Virus record (IMG/VR): IMGVR_UViG_3300032212_000054
Coordinates: 1 to 40,295 of that record
Length of the DNA stretch: 40,295 bases
Source of the DNA: a virus
Taxonomy: Duplodnaviria > Caudoviricetes
Strand: one strand, 5' to 3'
Positions 18,032-28,010 of this stretch are shown piece after piece. A program made the translations under genes and the position numbers. Numbering within the stretch: the stretch's first letter is position 1; each line of letters opens with the position of its first letter. Under the pieces are notes generated by a model. That model worked only from the letters and a program-made list of their open reading frames with translations, ran no database searches and had not been told where the DNA came from.

Positions 18032-18576
18032 TGGCAGGCGCGGCAGTCGTTGGGGCGATATCTTCAAGAAACGCTTCAAAAAGGGCAGTAGCAGCACAAA
18101 AAAGAGGCCAAGACAAGGCAGCGCAACAGGTAAAGTCAGACGTTCAACAAGCCCAAGATGATATTAATAGGCTTTTCCCACAAGCACAACAATCAGCACA
18201 ACAAGGTTTTCAAAGTGCTATTGATGTGTTTGGCCAGACTTTACCGCAACAGGCGCAACAGTTTCAAGGTGGGAACGTAGCAGCACAGCAGGCGTTGTTA
18301 GCTGGAATGCCACAGTTTCAAAACTCCATATTAGGCGGTCGGGTTGATATGAGTGGTTTTCAGCCGTATCAAGCGCAACCTTTAGATTTTAGCTTCACAC
18401 AGCAGCAAGTTGGCGGTCAAAACGGTTTAAGTGGGGGGCTAGCTTCGGGTGGTTCAATCAGCCCTTTGGCAGGTAAATATATCCCAAACAAAGCGGCGGT
18501 ATTTGAACCTAGACCACAAGACCCAAACGGGCCAGCACCAATGGCAGACTTTAGAAACATATTCGGGGGCAGATAA
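17989..18576 (+). CDS. DNA ejection protein (P22 gp7-like)
   Basis: Hydrophobic AAAVMAGAAVVGA N-terminus followed by Gln-rich helix. Likely start is ATG 18013. Confidence 0.7.
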   Translation: MDINKGDSMPAAAVMAGAAVVGAISSRNASKRAVAAQKRGQDKAAQQVKSDVQQAQDDINRLFPQAQQSAQQGFQSAIDVFGQTLPQQAQQFQGGNVAAQQALLAGMPQFQNSILGGRVDMSGFQPYQAQPLDFSFTQQQVGGQNGLSGGLASGGSISPLAGKYIPNKAAVFEPRPQDPNGPAPMADFRNIFGGR

Positions 18577-20105
18577 TGGTAGCTTTAAACCCATTAGCAC
18601 AGGCGCGACAAAGACAACAAACAATGCAAGGTCAGCCATTGCTAAACCCTATTTTACAAAGCGGTGTAGCTACGCCCGTACAGCAACCGCCACAGGTTAT
18701 AAACCAATATGTTGATCCAAACACAGGAATGCAATTAGACCAACCAAGGGTTACTGGTGGTATAAAGCCACAGCCAACACAGGCAGCTATGCAGCAACCT
18801 AACCCAGCGATGGCACCAGTAGTACAAACGCCTTACGGCTTAACTGGCGCAGAGCAAGCCATACAGGGCGGATTAGGCGCAAGTCTAAATGCTGTACAAG
18901 GTGGTGCGCAATCAGCATTACAGGCGTTACTAGCTGGCGGCGGCATGGCGCAAAACCAATTTGAGCAAGGCTTGTCTGGTTTAGGTGCTCAAAACCAATT
19001 AGCACAACAGCAACTAAGTCAAACACAGCAACAGATACAAAACCAATTAGGTCAAGCACAAAGGCAGGGTTTAGGCGCGATAAGCTCAGGCATTAGTCAG
19101 GGGCAGGGAATGTTGAGTCCTTTTGCTCAAACTGGCCAACAAGCACAACAGTTACAAGCAGCACTGAGTGGTGCACTAGGGCCAGAAGCACAAGCGCAAG
19201 CTTTGGCGGATTTTCAAGAATCACCAGGCCAGAAATTCTTGCGCGAACAGGGCGAGCTAGGTGTAATTAATCAAGCGGCCGCTTTGGGTGGTTTAGGTGG
19301 CGGCAGAGTCCAAAGAGAACTAGCGAGATTTAGCTCAGGTTTAGGACAGCAATTTTTACGTGACCAACAGCAGCAGTTAGGGCAGTTATCAGGCCAAGGC
19401 TTGCAGGCGGCTGGTCAAGGGGCACAATTAGCTGGTCAAGGCGCATTGGCGCAAGGGAATTTAATCGGTTCATTAGGCGGTCAAGGCGCACAAGCTACTG
19501 GTCAATTAGGGCAGGCTGGTGCGAACTTATCAAGTCAATTAGGTGGTCAACAACTAGCAGCAAGGCAGAATCTCGGGGGCTTATTTGGCCAATTAGGTCA
19601 AACTGGCGCAGGCTTCCAACAAGCGGCAGGGCAACAAGCGGCTAATTTATTTGGTACAGCAGGGCAGCAAATTGGACAAGCTAGAATTGGCGCAGGGCGT
19701 GATATTGCGAGCAATATTCAAGGAACTACGCAAGGTTTGAGTCAGTTAGCACAACAGCAAGGCGCTGGTATTTCTGATATACTTGGAGGCGGCGCAGCTA
19801 ACGTGGCGAATTTATTATCTGGCGCAGGGCAATTTGACGCACAGCAACAGCAGCAATTAGCGCAACTTCTTTCTAATTTGCAAACAGGCCAAGGGACACA
19901 ATTGAGTAACATTGCTTTACAAGGTGGCGCGACTAATGCGAATTTAGCTCAACAGCAAGGGCAGAACCAGCAGCAGTTAATTAGTAATTTATTAAGTAGC
20001 TATGCTTTTTCACAAGCGCAACCAACAGCGGCAACGCCCGTAGCAACCAACACACCAGCGACAGGTTATGTACGGCCAGATGGTTTGCCAACGGTCATGA
20101 TGTAA
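18576..20105 (+). CDS. Gln/Gly-rich DNA ejection (pilot) protein
   Basis: FQESPGQKF...AAALGGLGGG motif typical of podophage DNA-transfer proteins; 11-residue periodicity. Confidence 0.75.
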   Translation: MVALNPLAQARQRQQTMQGQPLLNPILQSGVATPVQQPPQVINQYVDPNTGMQLDQPRVTGGIKPQPTQAAMQQPNPAMAPVVQTPYGLTGAEQAIQGGLGASLNAVQGGAQSALQALLAGGGMAQNQFEQGLSGLGAQNQLAQQQLSQTQQQIQNQLGQAQRQGLGAISSGISQGQGMLSPFAQTGQQAQQLQAALSGALGPEAQAQALADFQESPGQKFLREQGELGVINQAAALGGLGGGRVQRELARFSSGLGQQFLRDQQQQLGQLSGQGLQAAGQGAQLAGQGALAQGNLIGSLGGQGAQATGQLGQAGANLSSQLGGQQLAARQNLGGLFGQLGQTGAGFQQAAGQQAANLFGTAGQQIGQARIGAGRDIASNIQGTTQGLSQLAQQQGAGISDILGGGAANVANLLSGAGQFDAQQQQQLAQLLSNLQTGQGTQLSNIALQGGATNANLAQQQGQNQQQLISNLLSSYAFSQAQPTAATPVATNTPATGYVRPDGLPTVMM

Positions 20106-20117
20106 AAGGGGTTTATA

Positions 20118-21305
20118 ATGTTAGATGTAGCTAAGGCTTTTGCAGGCGGAACACAAGCGTCAAACCTGTTTGAGCAAACAAAAAGACAAAACGAAATAAG
20201 GGCTTTGCAGAAGCAAATATCCCAACAGGGTGCTGGTTTCGACCCTATGCAAAGTCAGATGATTGCACAATTGAGCGGTTTAGACCCAGCACTGGCCCAG
20301 CGAACAATAGCAACGTTTGAGGGGTTGTCACAGGGTAGGCAAAAGGCTTTCTTTGAGGATGCCAAGAAAGGGTTAGATTTTCTAAACCAAGACCGCATTG
20401 GCGATGCTATTAATCTTGTTAATGATCGCAAAGAGAAGATACTTAAAATGGGTGGCGATACTACAGACGTAGACTTTATCGGTACACTGTTGAATCAAGG
20501 TCAAGTTGATGCGGCTAAAAACGTATTACAAAAAACTGTACAACTAGGTATTGATAGTGAGTTATTGCCTGACACATTGGATGGGCAGCCATTATTTGCA
20601 CCAGACCCAGCGGAAAAGAAAGAGCGAAGAATACAAGTTTTAGAGGCTCAGCTTAGGGCAGCACAAAAAACAGGTGATCAAGCATCTATAAAAGCAGCAC
20701 AATCACAACTAAATCGATTTGAAAAGCTAGTTGGTCTAGATGAGCTTACGCCACAAGAAAAAGCTGATATAGAGGTTGATAAGGCAAATAGAATACAATT
20801 AGCAAAAAGCGCTTCAAAGGCATCATCGGATGCCTTTACAGGCTTAAAAACCGTTAGGTCTACAATACTAAACATAGGTGACGCGATACGAGCACTAGAT
20901 AAAGGCGCAGACACAGGGCCAATAGTTTCTAAGCTACCAAGCTTTAGAGAGGCATCAATTGAGCTTGATAACATAAGGCAAAGGATGGGTTTAGATGTTG
21001 TTGGCTCAACCACTTTCGGGGCGCTATCTGAAAGCGAGCTTGCTTTCGCATTGGACACAGCATTGCCTGATAACCTACAACCGCAAGCATTAAAAGCATG
21101 GTTACAAAGAAAGAAAAAAGCACAAACAAAATTAGCGAAAGGTTTGCGAGATGCTGCATCATTCTTAGGTAAGCCCGGTAACACTATTGCTGATTTTATA
21201 GAAAAACAGGAACTAAAAGCGGTTTCTGGTGATGCTGATTCTGGATTAACACCAGAAGAAGCTGAAGAATTAAGGCGGCTAGAAAAACAATTCGGTGAAC
21301 AATAA
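20118..21305 (+). CDS. DNA ejection / internal virion protein
   Basis: Helical; FGALSESEL motif; position. Confidence 0.7.
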   Translation: MLDVAKAFAGGTQASNLFEQTKRQNEIRALQKQISQQGAGFDPMQSQMIAQLSGLDPALAQRTIATFEGLSQGRQKAFFEDAKKGLDFLNQDRIGDAINLVNDRKEKILKMGGDTTDVDFIGTLLNQGQVDAAKNVLQKTVQLGIDSELLPDTLDGQPLFAPDPAEKKERRIQVLEAQLRAAQKTGDQASIKAAQSQLNRFEKLVGLDELTPQEKADIEVDKANRIQLAKSASKASSDAFTGLKTVRSTILNIGDAIRALDKGADTGPIVSKLPSFREASIELDNIRQRMGLDVVGSTTFGALSESELAFALDTALPDNLQPQALKAWLQRKKKAQTKLAKGLRDAASFLGKPGNTIADFIEKQELKAVSGDADSGLTPEEAEELRRLEKQFGEQ

Positions 21306-23236
21306 TGGCTGATAGAGATAGGTTAGACGCATTACGCAAAAAGAAAAGACTTGAAGAGCTTAGAGCCTTACAAGCACAGCAGATACAGCAACAAAAGCAA
21401 GATTTACTGAGCAAAATAGCGTCCGATGTAGGCCCTTTTGAGTCAACAGCTATCGGCATAGGTAGAGGCTTAACAGATATAGGTCGCGCCGTTGGCTTGG
21501 TTGACGAAGAACCAGCGATAGTACAGCAAGGGTTAACAGAGCTTGAAGAACAAAGACCGGTAACGCAGATAGGCGGCAGAGCAGTAGGTCAGAGTTTACC
21601 GTTTTTAGTTCCTGGCGTGGCAGCTGGTGGTATAGCATCAACGCCTCTTAGAATAGCGGCAGGGGCAACAGTTGGAGGGTTAGAAGGTGGAGCAATCGCA
21701 GCAGGAACAGGGCAAAGCATCGCTAAAGGGGCAGGTATTGGCGGCGCTATCGCTGGTACTGCTGAAGCTCTTTTTCCTATCATTAGTAGGCTTGGCGGCG
21801 CACTTGTAAGAAGAGTAAAGGGTAAGCAAGTAAGTAACCTATTCGATGAATCAGGACTTCCGACAAAAGATTTGCAAGAGGCGCTTGACGAATCAGGTAT
21901 TACACTAGCTGATTTAAACCAGCAGGCCCAGCAGCAGCTATTAGAGCAACCAGCAGGAGTATTGCCAGAACAAGCAGCAAGAGCAGCGCAATTTGAACAA
22001 TTAGGCGTAACGCCAACTAGAGCGCAAATAACAAGAGAGGCGGCAGACTTTCAAGCACAGCAGGAAGCAGCCAAAACATCTGGATTAGTTAGGGGTGCTT
22101 TAGAGCAACAAGAGGGTTTACTAGTAAATCGTTTTGATGAAGCTGTTGCTGGCACTGGTGGTCAGCCTGTAACTAGTGGATCACCAGTTATAGATAAGGT
22201 TGTAAATCTATCTACAGAACTAGACAACCAAATAAGCGATCTATACAAAGTAGCGAGAGAGGTAGCACCAGAAGCTCAAAACGTAAAGATGGATAGGCTA
22301 GGTAAGTCATTAAGAGAGAGCGCACCAAGCAACACTATCACGGGTGGGCTGATAAAGGCTATCAAAGGCGAGTTGCAGCAACGTGGAATAATGGATGATA
22401 AATTCAAGATAGTTGGTAAGGTTGATGTTGAAACGGCAGAGGAAGTTAGGAAGGTTATTAACTCATTCTTTAACTCAACAACCGATATAGGGCGTAAAAA
22501 AATACGAGACTTTAAAAGCGCACTTGATGACGATGTTCTAAGCGTTGCTGGTGAGGACGTATTTAATCAAGCTAGGAAGGCGAAGGCTGATTTTGAAAAG
22601 AAATTATCTAGAGCCAAAGTATCAAAATTTGATAGCAGAAAGGCTAACTTAGTAAGAGATGTCTTGGAAAATAAAATTAACCCTGATGACTTTGTTGATA
22701 GCGTTGTTAATAGTAAGAAATGGAGGGCATCAGACCTAGAGCAATTAAAGCAATTTTCTACGGACGGTGGTTCTGATTTAGCGCCGTGGGGCGATCTAAG
22801 GGCTGAGGTTTTGGATTCCATAAAGATAAAATCGTTTATAGGGCCAGAAGATGCAGCAGGCAACAAGGCATTGAGCAGGGCAGCGCTACAAAGAAGTATA
22901 GACAAAATAGGCACTGAAAAATTAAAAGTTATATTTGAACCAGAAGAATTGAAATTTTTGCGTGACCTAATGAACGTGGCAAAACTAAAAGAGCCTGTTA
23001 GGGGCACTGCTTTGGGTAAAGGCCCAAGCGCACAAGCAATAAAAAGTTTAGAAGATAGAGCAAAGGGGTTGCCTCTTGTTGGTGGGCTGGTTGATTTTAT
23101 AGATTTTGATACAGCAGGCAGAGTTGTTGTTAAGTCAAGCCCAGCAAGAAGAATAAAACAAAGAACCACCTTAGAGAAAGTTATACCTGGGGCTGTTTCA
23201 GTACCAGCGATAGCCTCAGCACAGCAGGAGCAATAA
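21305..23236 (+). CDS. Large DNA ejection protein (P22 gp16-like position)
   Basis: Gly/Ala-rich hydrophobic segment followed by helical body; last gene before the fibres. Confidence 0.7.
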   Translation: MADRDRLDALRKKKRLEELRALQAQQIQQQKQDLLSKIASDVGPFESTAIGIGRGLTDIGRAVGLVDEEPAIVQQGLTELEEQRPVTQIGGRAVGQSLPFLVPGVAAGGIASTPLRIAAGATVGGLEGGAIAAGTGQSIAKGAGIGGAIAGTAEALFPIISRLGGALVRRVKGKQVSNLFDESGLPTKDLQEALDESGITLADLNQQAQQQLLEQPAGVLPEQAARAAQFEQLGVTPTRAQITREAADFQAQQEAAKTSGLVRGALEQQEGLLVNRFDEAVAGTGGQPVTSGSPVIDKVVNLSTELDNQISDLYKVAREVAPEAQNVKMDRLGKSLRESAPSNTITGGLIKAIKGELQQRGIMDDKFKIVGKVDVETAEEVRKVINSFFNSTTDIGRKKIRDFKSALDDDVLSVAGEDVFNQARKAKADFEKKLSRAKVSKFDSRKANLVRDVLENKINPDDFVDSVVNSKKWRASDLEQLKQFSTDGGSDLAPWGDLRAEVLDSIKIKSFIGPEDAAGNKALSRAALQRSIDKIGTEKLKVIFEPEELKFLRDLMNVAKLKEPVRGTALGKGPSAQAIKSLEDRAKGLPLVGGLVDFIDFDTAGRVVVKSSPARRIKQRTTLEKVIPGAVSVPAIASAQQEQ

Positions 23237-23238
23237 TT

Positions 23239-25179
23239 TTGACTAGATCAATAAATCCAGTACCACAGTACACGCAAGGCGGCGAACCAATAGCAAATGG
23301 CAAGATGTATTTTTTCGAAACAGGGACAAACACGCCAAAAACCACTTACGCCGACAGCGCAGAAACAACAGCCAACACACATCCTGTTATATTAGACGCA
23401 GAAGGGCGCTTACCTAACTGCTTTTACAGCGGACTAGCCAAACAGATACTAACAGATGCTAACGATGTACAGGTATTTAACCGTGACCCAGTAGGGCAAG
23501 AAATTGCTATTGCAGCATTCGATACTTTTGCTATCAGTTCTACTTATCAAATACACAACATAGTAACCGCTAGTAACGGTACATTCTGGAAGTCATTAAT
23601 CAATGGTAACGTTGGCTTTAATCCGATAACAGACGATGGCACACATTGGCAGCAAATAGATTTTAACGAATTTTATGCGGCTGGTGTTACATTCTCTAAG
23701 AATGACTCAGCTATATCCACTGTCAACGGATTAACCTATATATCGGGAATAGATTCCAACATAGGTAACGAACCTAGCGCTAATTTGGATAAGTGGGCCT
23801 TAGATCGACCATCATTACCTTATGTGTCAGGAAAGACTTATGATATTGGCGAAAAGTGTATAGATGAAATAGACAGTCGCGAATATGTAGCGGTTATATC
23901 TAATACTGGTAATCAGCCAAGCTCAGACACAGGAACAAACTGGGATCCTACTGATGGTCGAGTTTCTAAACCAACCAACACAAGCCCAGCAGATACAGCG
24001 ACAGACGTTTCAAGAACGCCAACACTGATAGCATCAACTTACGCTATTAATGGCAGCACAGCACCGCATGAATACTCAAATTTTAAAATCTATTCTGATG
24101 CAGGCTTAACCTCGTTAGTTTATGACTCTGGGATAACATCCGACTTAGAAAGTCACGTTGTTGGTGAACAGCTAGGGGCTGGTACTCAATATTGGTGGTG
24201 TGCTAGCTACAAAGGTATTAGAACAAACGTTAGTGACGCATCAACAGCAACAAGCTTTACAACTACTTTAAACCTGTCAGAGTCGTTTGATAATTTAACC
24301 TTTACTGGTACGGGTGCTACACAGAGCATTACAGCAACGCCGGATTTAAGCACAAACACAGGCGCGGTTTTTATAGCTAACACCAGTACGACTGATTCAA
24401 TGAGGGTTGTTGATACTGTTAGAGGTGTTGGAAACGCCTATTTAGTACCCAGCATTATTAGCACAGCGGAGGCTACAGGTGTAACCGCGTTTAATTTTAA
24501 CGGTTATGATGTAGGGGCGGCAGCAGCTTACAATGGATCAGGTAATACTATTTGGTCCTTAGTTCTAAAAAAGACAGCCAAGTTTTTTGATATTGTCAAC
24601 TACACAGGCAACGCAACACCAAGAGTGATCGCTCACTCGCTTAATAACGAAGTCGGTTTTATTGTTGTCTTTCAAGAGACGGGAGCGGCGCCGGTTGCCT
24701 CACCTTCTTTATTTTGCTGGTTTAAAGGCATGGCAGGCAGTGATTATTTTAGATTTGGCTCTATATCAGCAAGCGGAAGCCTTTCTTCTGTATGGAACAA
24801 CGCGACCCCAACAACGACAGAGTTTAGCTTAGGTACGAGTGACAATGTGAACGGTACAGTGAGGGATTATACGGCATATTTGTTAGCACATAATCCGGCG
24901 GCTGGCGTATATTGCGATACTTTCGTGACCACTGGTACAGCAACAGATAAGATTACCACGGGGAAAGCTGGCGCTACGGTATTTTTAAAACAAGATGCGG
25001 CTGATGAATGGATTGTTATGGACAAACAACTAGGCACTAGCTCCCAGATTGATTTTGACAGCCAAGCGCAATTGGTGGCTGGTAACAATATTAGTTCTTG
25101 GGATAGTGACGGAGTAACTTTATCTAATTTATCGGCTGGAACATGGTCTGTTGTCGTGATAGCGGACCCTGATTTATAG
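23239..25179 (+). CDS. Tail fibre / receptor-binding protein
   Basis: N-terminal anchor (GEPIANGKMYFFETGT...PVILDAEGR), three Trp-ending repeats, FN3-like segment, FDIVNYTGN-type C-terminal domain. Confidence 0.8.
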   Translation: MTRSINPVPQYTQGGEPIANGKMYFFETGTNTPKTTYADSAETTANTHPVILDAEGRLPNCFYSGLAKQILTDANDVQVFNRDPVGQEIAIAAFDTFAISSTYQIHNIVTASNGTFWKSLINGNVGFNPITDDGTHWQQIDFNEFYAAGVTFSKNDSAISTVNGLTYISGIDSNIGNEPSANLDKWALDRPSLPYVSGKTYDIGEKCIDEIDSREYVAVISNTGNQPSSDTGTNWDPTDGRVSKPTNTSPADTATDVSRTPTLIASTYAINGSTAPHEYSNFKIYSDAGLTSLVYDSGITSDLESHVVGEQLGAGTQYWWCASYKGIRTNVSDASTATSFTTTLNLSESFDNLTFTGTGATQSITATPDLSTNTGAVFIANTSTTDSMRVVDTVRGVGNAYLVPSIISTAEATGVTAFNFNGYDVGAAAAYNGSGNTIWSLVLKKTAKFFDIVNYTGNATPRVIAHSLNNEVGFIVVFQETGAAPVASPSLFCWFKGMAGSDYFRFGSISASGSLSSVWNNATPTTTEFSLGTSDNVNGTVRDYTAYLLAHNPAAGVYCDTFVTTGTATDKITTGKAGATVFLKQDAADEWIVMDKQLGTSSQIDFDSQAQLVAGNNISSWDSDGVTLSNLSAGTWSVVVIADPDL

Positions 25180-25186
25180 GAATAAC

Positions 25187-27097
25187 ATGAAAAAATACAC
25201 TAATACCGCAATACTTAGGCAGGACTCATTAACCACTGGTAACGCTGACGAAGGCGCACCAGTTAAAGTATATATTGCCGGAACAGCTACAGAAGCGGCT
25301 ATATTTTCAGATGTAAGCGGCACAACGCCAATAGTTCAACCTTTTAATACGAACACGATAGGTGACTCAAACCCTGGTCAGTTTAGTTTTTACAGCGCTG
25401 GCGGCTTGTTTGATATTGTGATAAACGAAGGCGCGAACGAAACCAGGCTTGATTCTCAGTCAATATCAACAGAAGTAAACGTAAAAGACTTTGGTGCAAA
25501 GGGGGATGGTGTTACTGATGATACGGCAGCAATACAAGCAGCGTGTGACAGCCTAACAGGAGGCGGTACAGTATTTGTGCCAAAATCGGCCACAAGTTAC
25601 ATGATAGATCCGCAGCCATCTATAAAACCCTTAAGCAATACTACGATTATTATAGAAAAAGGATCCACTTTAGAGGCTATAACAAATGCCAATGACACAT
25701 ATGAGATCATACATATAGACTCTGTATCTAACGTTACTATAGAGGGTGGCGGCAAGATAAAGGGAGACCGAACTACCCATACAGGCGGAACTGGTGAGGG
25801 TGGTATGTGTATTAGGACAGATAACGCCACCAATGTAACAATAAAAGATTTAGAGCTAACAGAGGGTTGGGGGGACGGTGTTTATATCGGCGGCTCAGGA
25901 GGCCAAAGCTCCAATATCACTATAAAGGATAATTATATTCATAACAATCGAAGAAATAACATATCGGTAGTGGATGGCGATAGCGGCTTAATAGATAATA
26001 ACATTATAGCAAACGCCAATGGCACTAACCCGGAAACTGGGGTAGATTTAGAGGCAGGCTATCAAGAAAACGTAACAAATTGGACTGTAAGCAATAACAT
26101 TGTTAAAGACAATAATATTGGCGGCATAAGTGCCGTGACTCCATGGGGACCATTGATAAGCACCGTAAGAAATATAACTATAATAGGGAACACGGTATCA
26201 AATAACGGAAGCTTATCAGACCATATAGGCATATTTGCAGGAAGAATGCTCAATTGTTCAATAACGGGCAACACTGTATCAGGCACAACGGGTAGGGGGA
26301 TAGTGGTTGCATCTGGTGGCCACAAGATAGACTTAGTACCTAACTCAGTTGCAGCTATTACAGCGAATATAAACGTGACTGACAATAACGTATCTGATAG
26401 CACTAATCACGGGATTTTTTTAGATGCAAACGAATCTTTGGCTGATTTATCAAATATATTAGTGTCCGGCAATACTTGTAATGATAATGGTGGTAATGGG
26501 ATAGCAGTTGATAAAACCAGCGGACAAAGGTGTGAAGATATAACTTTAGATGCTAATACGTGTGAAAATAACACCTTGAGCGGAATATTTATTAACAGAA
26601 TTAATGATTTTAACATAACAGGCAACACCACTATAGCAAACACTGAAAGTGGAATACTGATAGGTGGAAGCGCTAGCGATACATTTGGCTGCGTAATTAC
26701 AGGTAACTTATCTAAGGGCAATACCGTATATGGAATGCAGTTAGCTTACGCTAATATATCAACAGTCACTGGCAATAAAGTACTTGGAAATGGTTCCCAT
26801 GGTATATGGTCATTTGAAGGTCATGATTCTACTATATCTTGCAACATAATCACGGGCAACAGCCAGACCACAGACGACACTTACAATGGCATACTAATAG
26901 AAAGGTCTGATAATTGTACGGTAGTTGGTAACGTTATACGACATGGCGGTGGCGCTAATCAGCAAAAGTATGGAATACTTATAGACGCAACAGCGCTAGC
27001 CAACTTGGTCGTGGGTAATAACTTGGTATCATCAGGCAGAACTGGGAGTATACAAGATGATTCTGGTGGTGCGACTATAGTTAACAATCTGGTTTAG
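25187..27097 (+). CDS. Tailspike with pectate-lyase-like right-handed beta-helix (depolymerase candidate)
   Basis: VNVKDFGAKGDGVTDDTAAIQAA followed by many (I/V)xGNxxxxNxxxGI beta-helix rungs. Confidence 0.9.
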   Translation: MKKYTNTAILRQDSLTTGNADEGAPVKVYIAGTATEAAIFSDVSGTTPIVQPFNTNTIGDSNPGQFSFYSAGGLFDIVINEGANETRLDSQSISTEVNVKDFGAKGDGVTDDTAAIQAACDSLTGGGTVFVPKSATSYMIDPQPSIKPLSNTTIIIEKGSTLEAITNANDTYEIIHIDSVSNVTIEGGGKIKGDRTTHTGGTGEGGMCIRTDNATNVTIKDLELTEGWGDGVYIGGSGGQSSNITIKDNYIHNNRRNNISVVDGDSGLIDNNIIANANGTNPETGVDLEAGYQENVTNWTVSNNIVKDNNIGGISAVTPWGPLISTVRNITIIGNTVSNNGSLSDHIGIFAGRMLNCSITGNTVSGTTGRGIVVASGGHKIDLVPNSVAAITANINVTDNNVSDSTNHGIFLDANESLADLSNILVSGNTCNDNGGNGIAVDKTSGQRCEDITLDANTCENNTLSGIFINRINDFNITGNTTIANTESGILIGGSASDTFGCVITGNLSKGNTVYGMQLAYANISTVTGNKVLGNGSHGIWSFEGHDSTISCNIITGNSQTTDDTYNGILIERSDNCTVVGNVIRHGGGANQQKYGILIDATALANLVVGNNLVSSGRTGSIQDDSGGATIVNNLV

Positions 27098-27103
27098 GGT
27101 TAT

Positions 27104-27430
27104 ATGACCAAACTACGCGGTACTTACTACAATAAGCGTGAATTTACTTATTATTCCAAACGGTATAATAAAAAAGTCACTGTGCCGAAAGGTTATAAAT
27201 CAGACGGTGCCACAGGCGCTATTGACATCAACTCTAAGGGTTGGTGGTGCCACGATGTGCTTTGCGAGTTTGGTATCTGGGATGATGGTACGCCATGTAA
27301 TAACTGGCAAGCATCCAAAGTATTAAGTGACATATTAAAAAGTGAGGGCCGCTGGTTTAGGCGGCATACTTGGTTCTGGTCTACTTGGCTTTTTGGTGGA
27401 GGAAAAGCCCGTGATAATGGAATGTATTAA
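27104..27430 (+). CDS. DUF1353-like protein
   Basis: VPKGYKSDGAT and HDVLC motifs. Confidence 0.7.
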   Translation: MTKLRGTYYNKREFTYYSKRYNKKVTVPKGYKSDGATGAIDINSKGWWCHDVLCEFGIWDDGTPCNNWQASKVLSDILKSEGRWFRRHTWFWSTWLFGGGKARDNGMY

Positions 27431-27663
27431 TCCAAAGGTTCCAAAACAGCATTGTCCACACCTTTGCATAGTTCGTTATATCTTCGTATATCATCAGGTG
27501 TATTAAACTTACGCCTAACAGACCCTACAGAGGCCGCGTAACAGATATTCCACAAACTAGACTCTATCATAGCATCCGACATTTCAGCACCTTTAGATTT
27601 AACTGTATCAAGCGCAGCACAACCACCCATTACCAAACACAATAAAATTAAAATAACCTTCAT
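27427..27663 (-). CDS. Lipoprotein
   Basis: Signal peptide with lipobox-like VMGG-C; AAGG RBS. Confidence 0.7.
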   Translation of the reverse strand: MKVILILLCLVMGGCAALDTVKSKGAEMSDAMIESSLWNICYAASVGSVRRKFNTPDDIRRYNELCKGVDNAVLEPLD

Positions 27664-27690
27664 AACTTTACCTTTTTAATTAAAAGCCCT

Positions 27691-27699
27691 ATTATAGCA
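27691..27699 (-). promoter_or_regulatory. Extended -10 promoter TGCTATAAT for the lipoprotein gene
   Basis: Perfect TGn-TATAAT about 28 nt upstream of ATG 27663 on the minus strand. Confidence 0.6.
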
Positions 27700-27732
27700 T
27701 GGTAGGTTTTATTTCCTTCCCTACTATTACAT

Positions 27733-27766
27733 AAAGCCCTTTCCATTTGGTTAGGGCTATTTTTTT
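27733..27766. terminator. Probable bidirectional terminator between late and early operons
   Basis: AGCCCT...AGGGCT stem with a T7 run on + and TTTAT on -. Confidence 0.6.
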
Positions 27767-28010
27767 ATGTATTTACATCTATATCGTGAACATTGCATAC
27801 TGGAACTATTTTTTTCTTACCTGTTGAAAGAACTATAAATTCAATCATACCATCATCCTTTTTATATCCGTTGGTCTCATAACCAGCAGCAGCAATGCTA
27901 TTCCCAATCCATATTGTATGAGTGCCAACAACTTCGGCCTTTTTATCTCCGCATGCCATAACAAATAAAGAAAAGCACAAAACCATTATTTTTTTCATTA
28001 TCCTCTCCAT
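27765..28010 (-). CDS. Lipoprotein
   Basis: MKKIMVLCFSLFVMA-C lipobox. Likely start is 27998. Confidence 0.7.
   Translation of the reverse strand: MERIMKKIMVLCFSLFVMACGDKKAEVVGTHTIWIGNSIAAAGYETNGYKKDDGMIEFIVLSTGKKKIVPVCNVHDIDVNT

Noticed and set aside
20678-23169. Long minus-strand ORFs 20678-21184 and 22567-23169 (also 36661-37164 and similar)
   Set aside because: They are antisense shadows of well-supported genes, with no evident RBS or recognisable motifs.
23239-27097. Diversity-generating retroelement or invertase-switched fibres
   Set aside because: No reverse transcriptase, template/variable repeat pair or invertase was seen.
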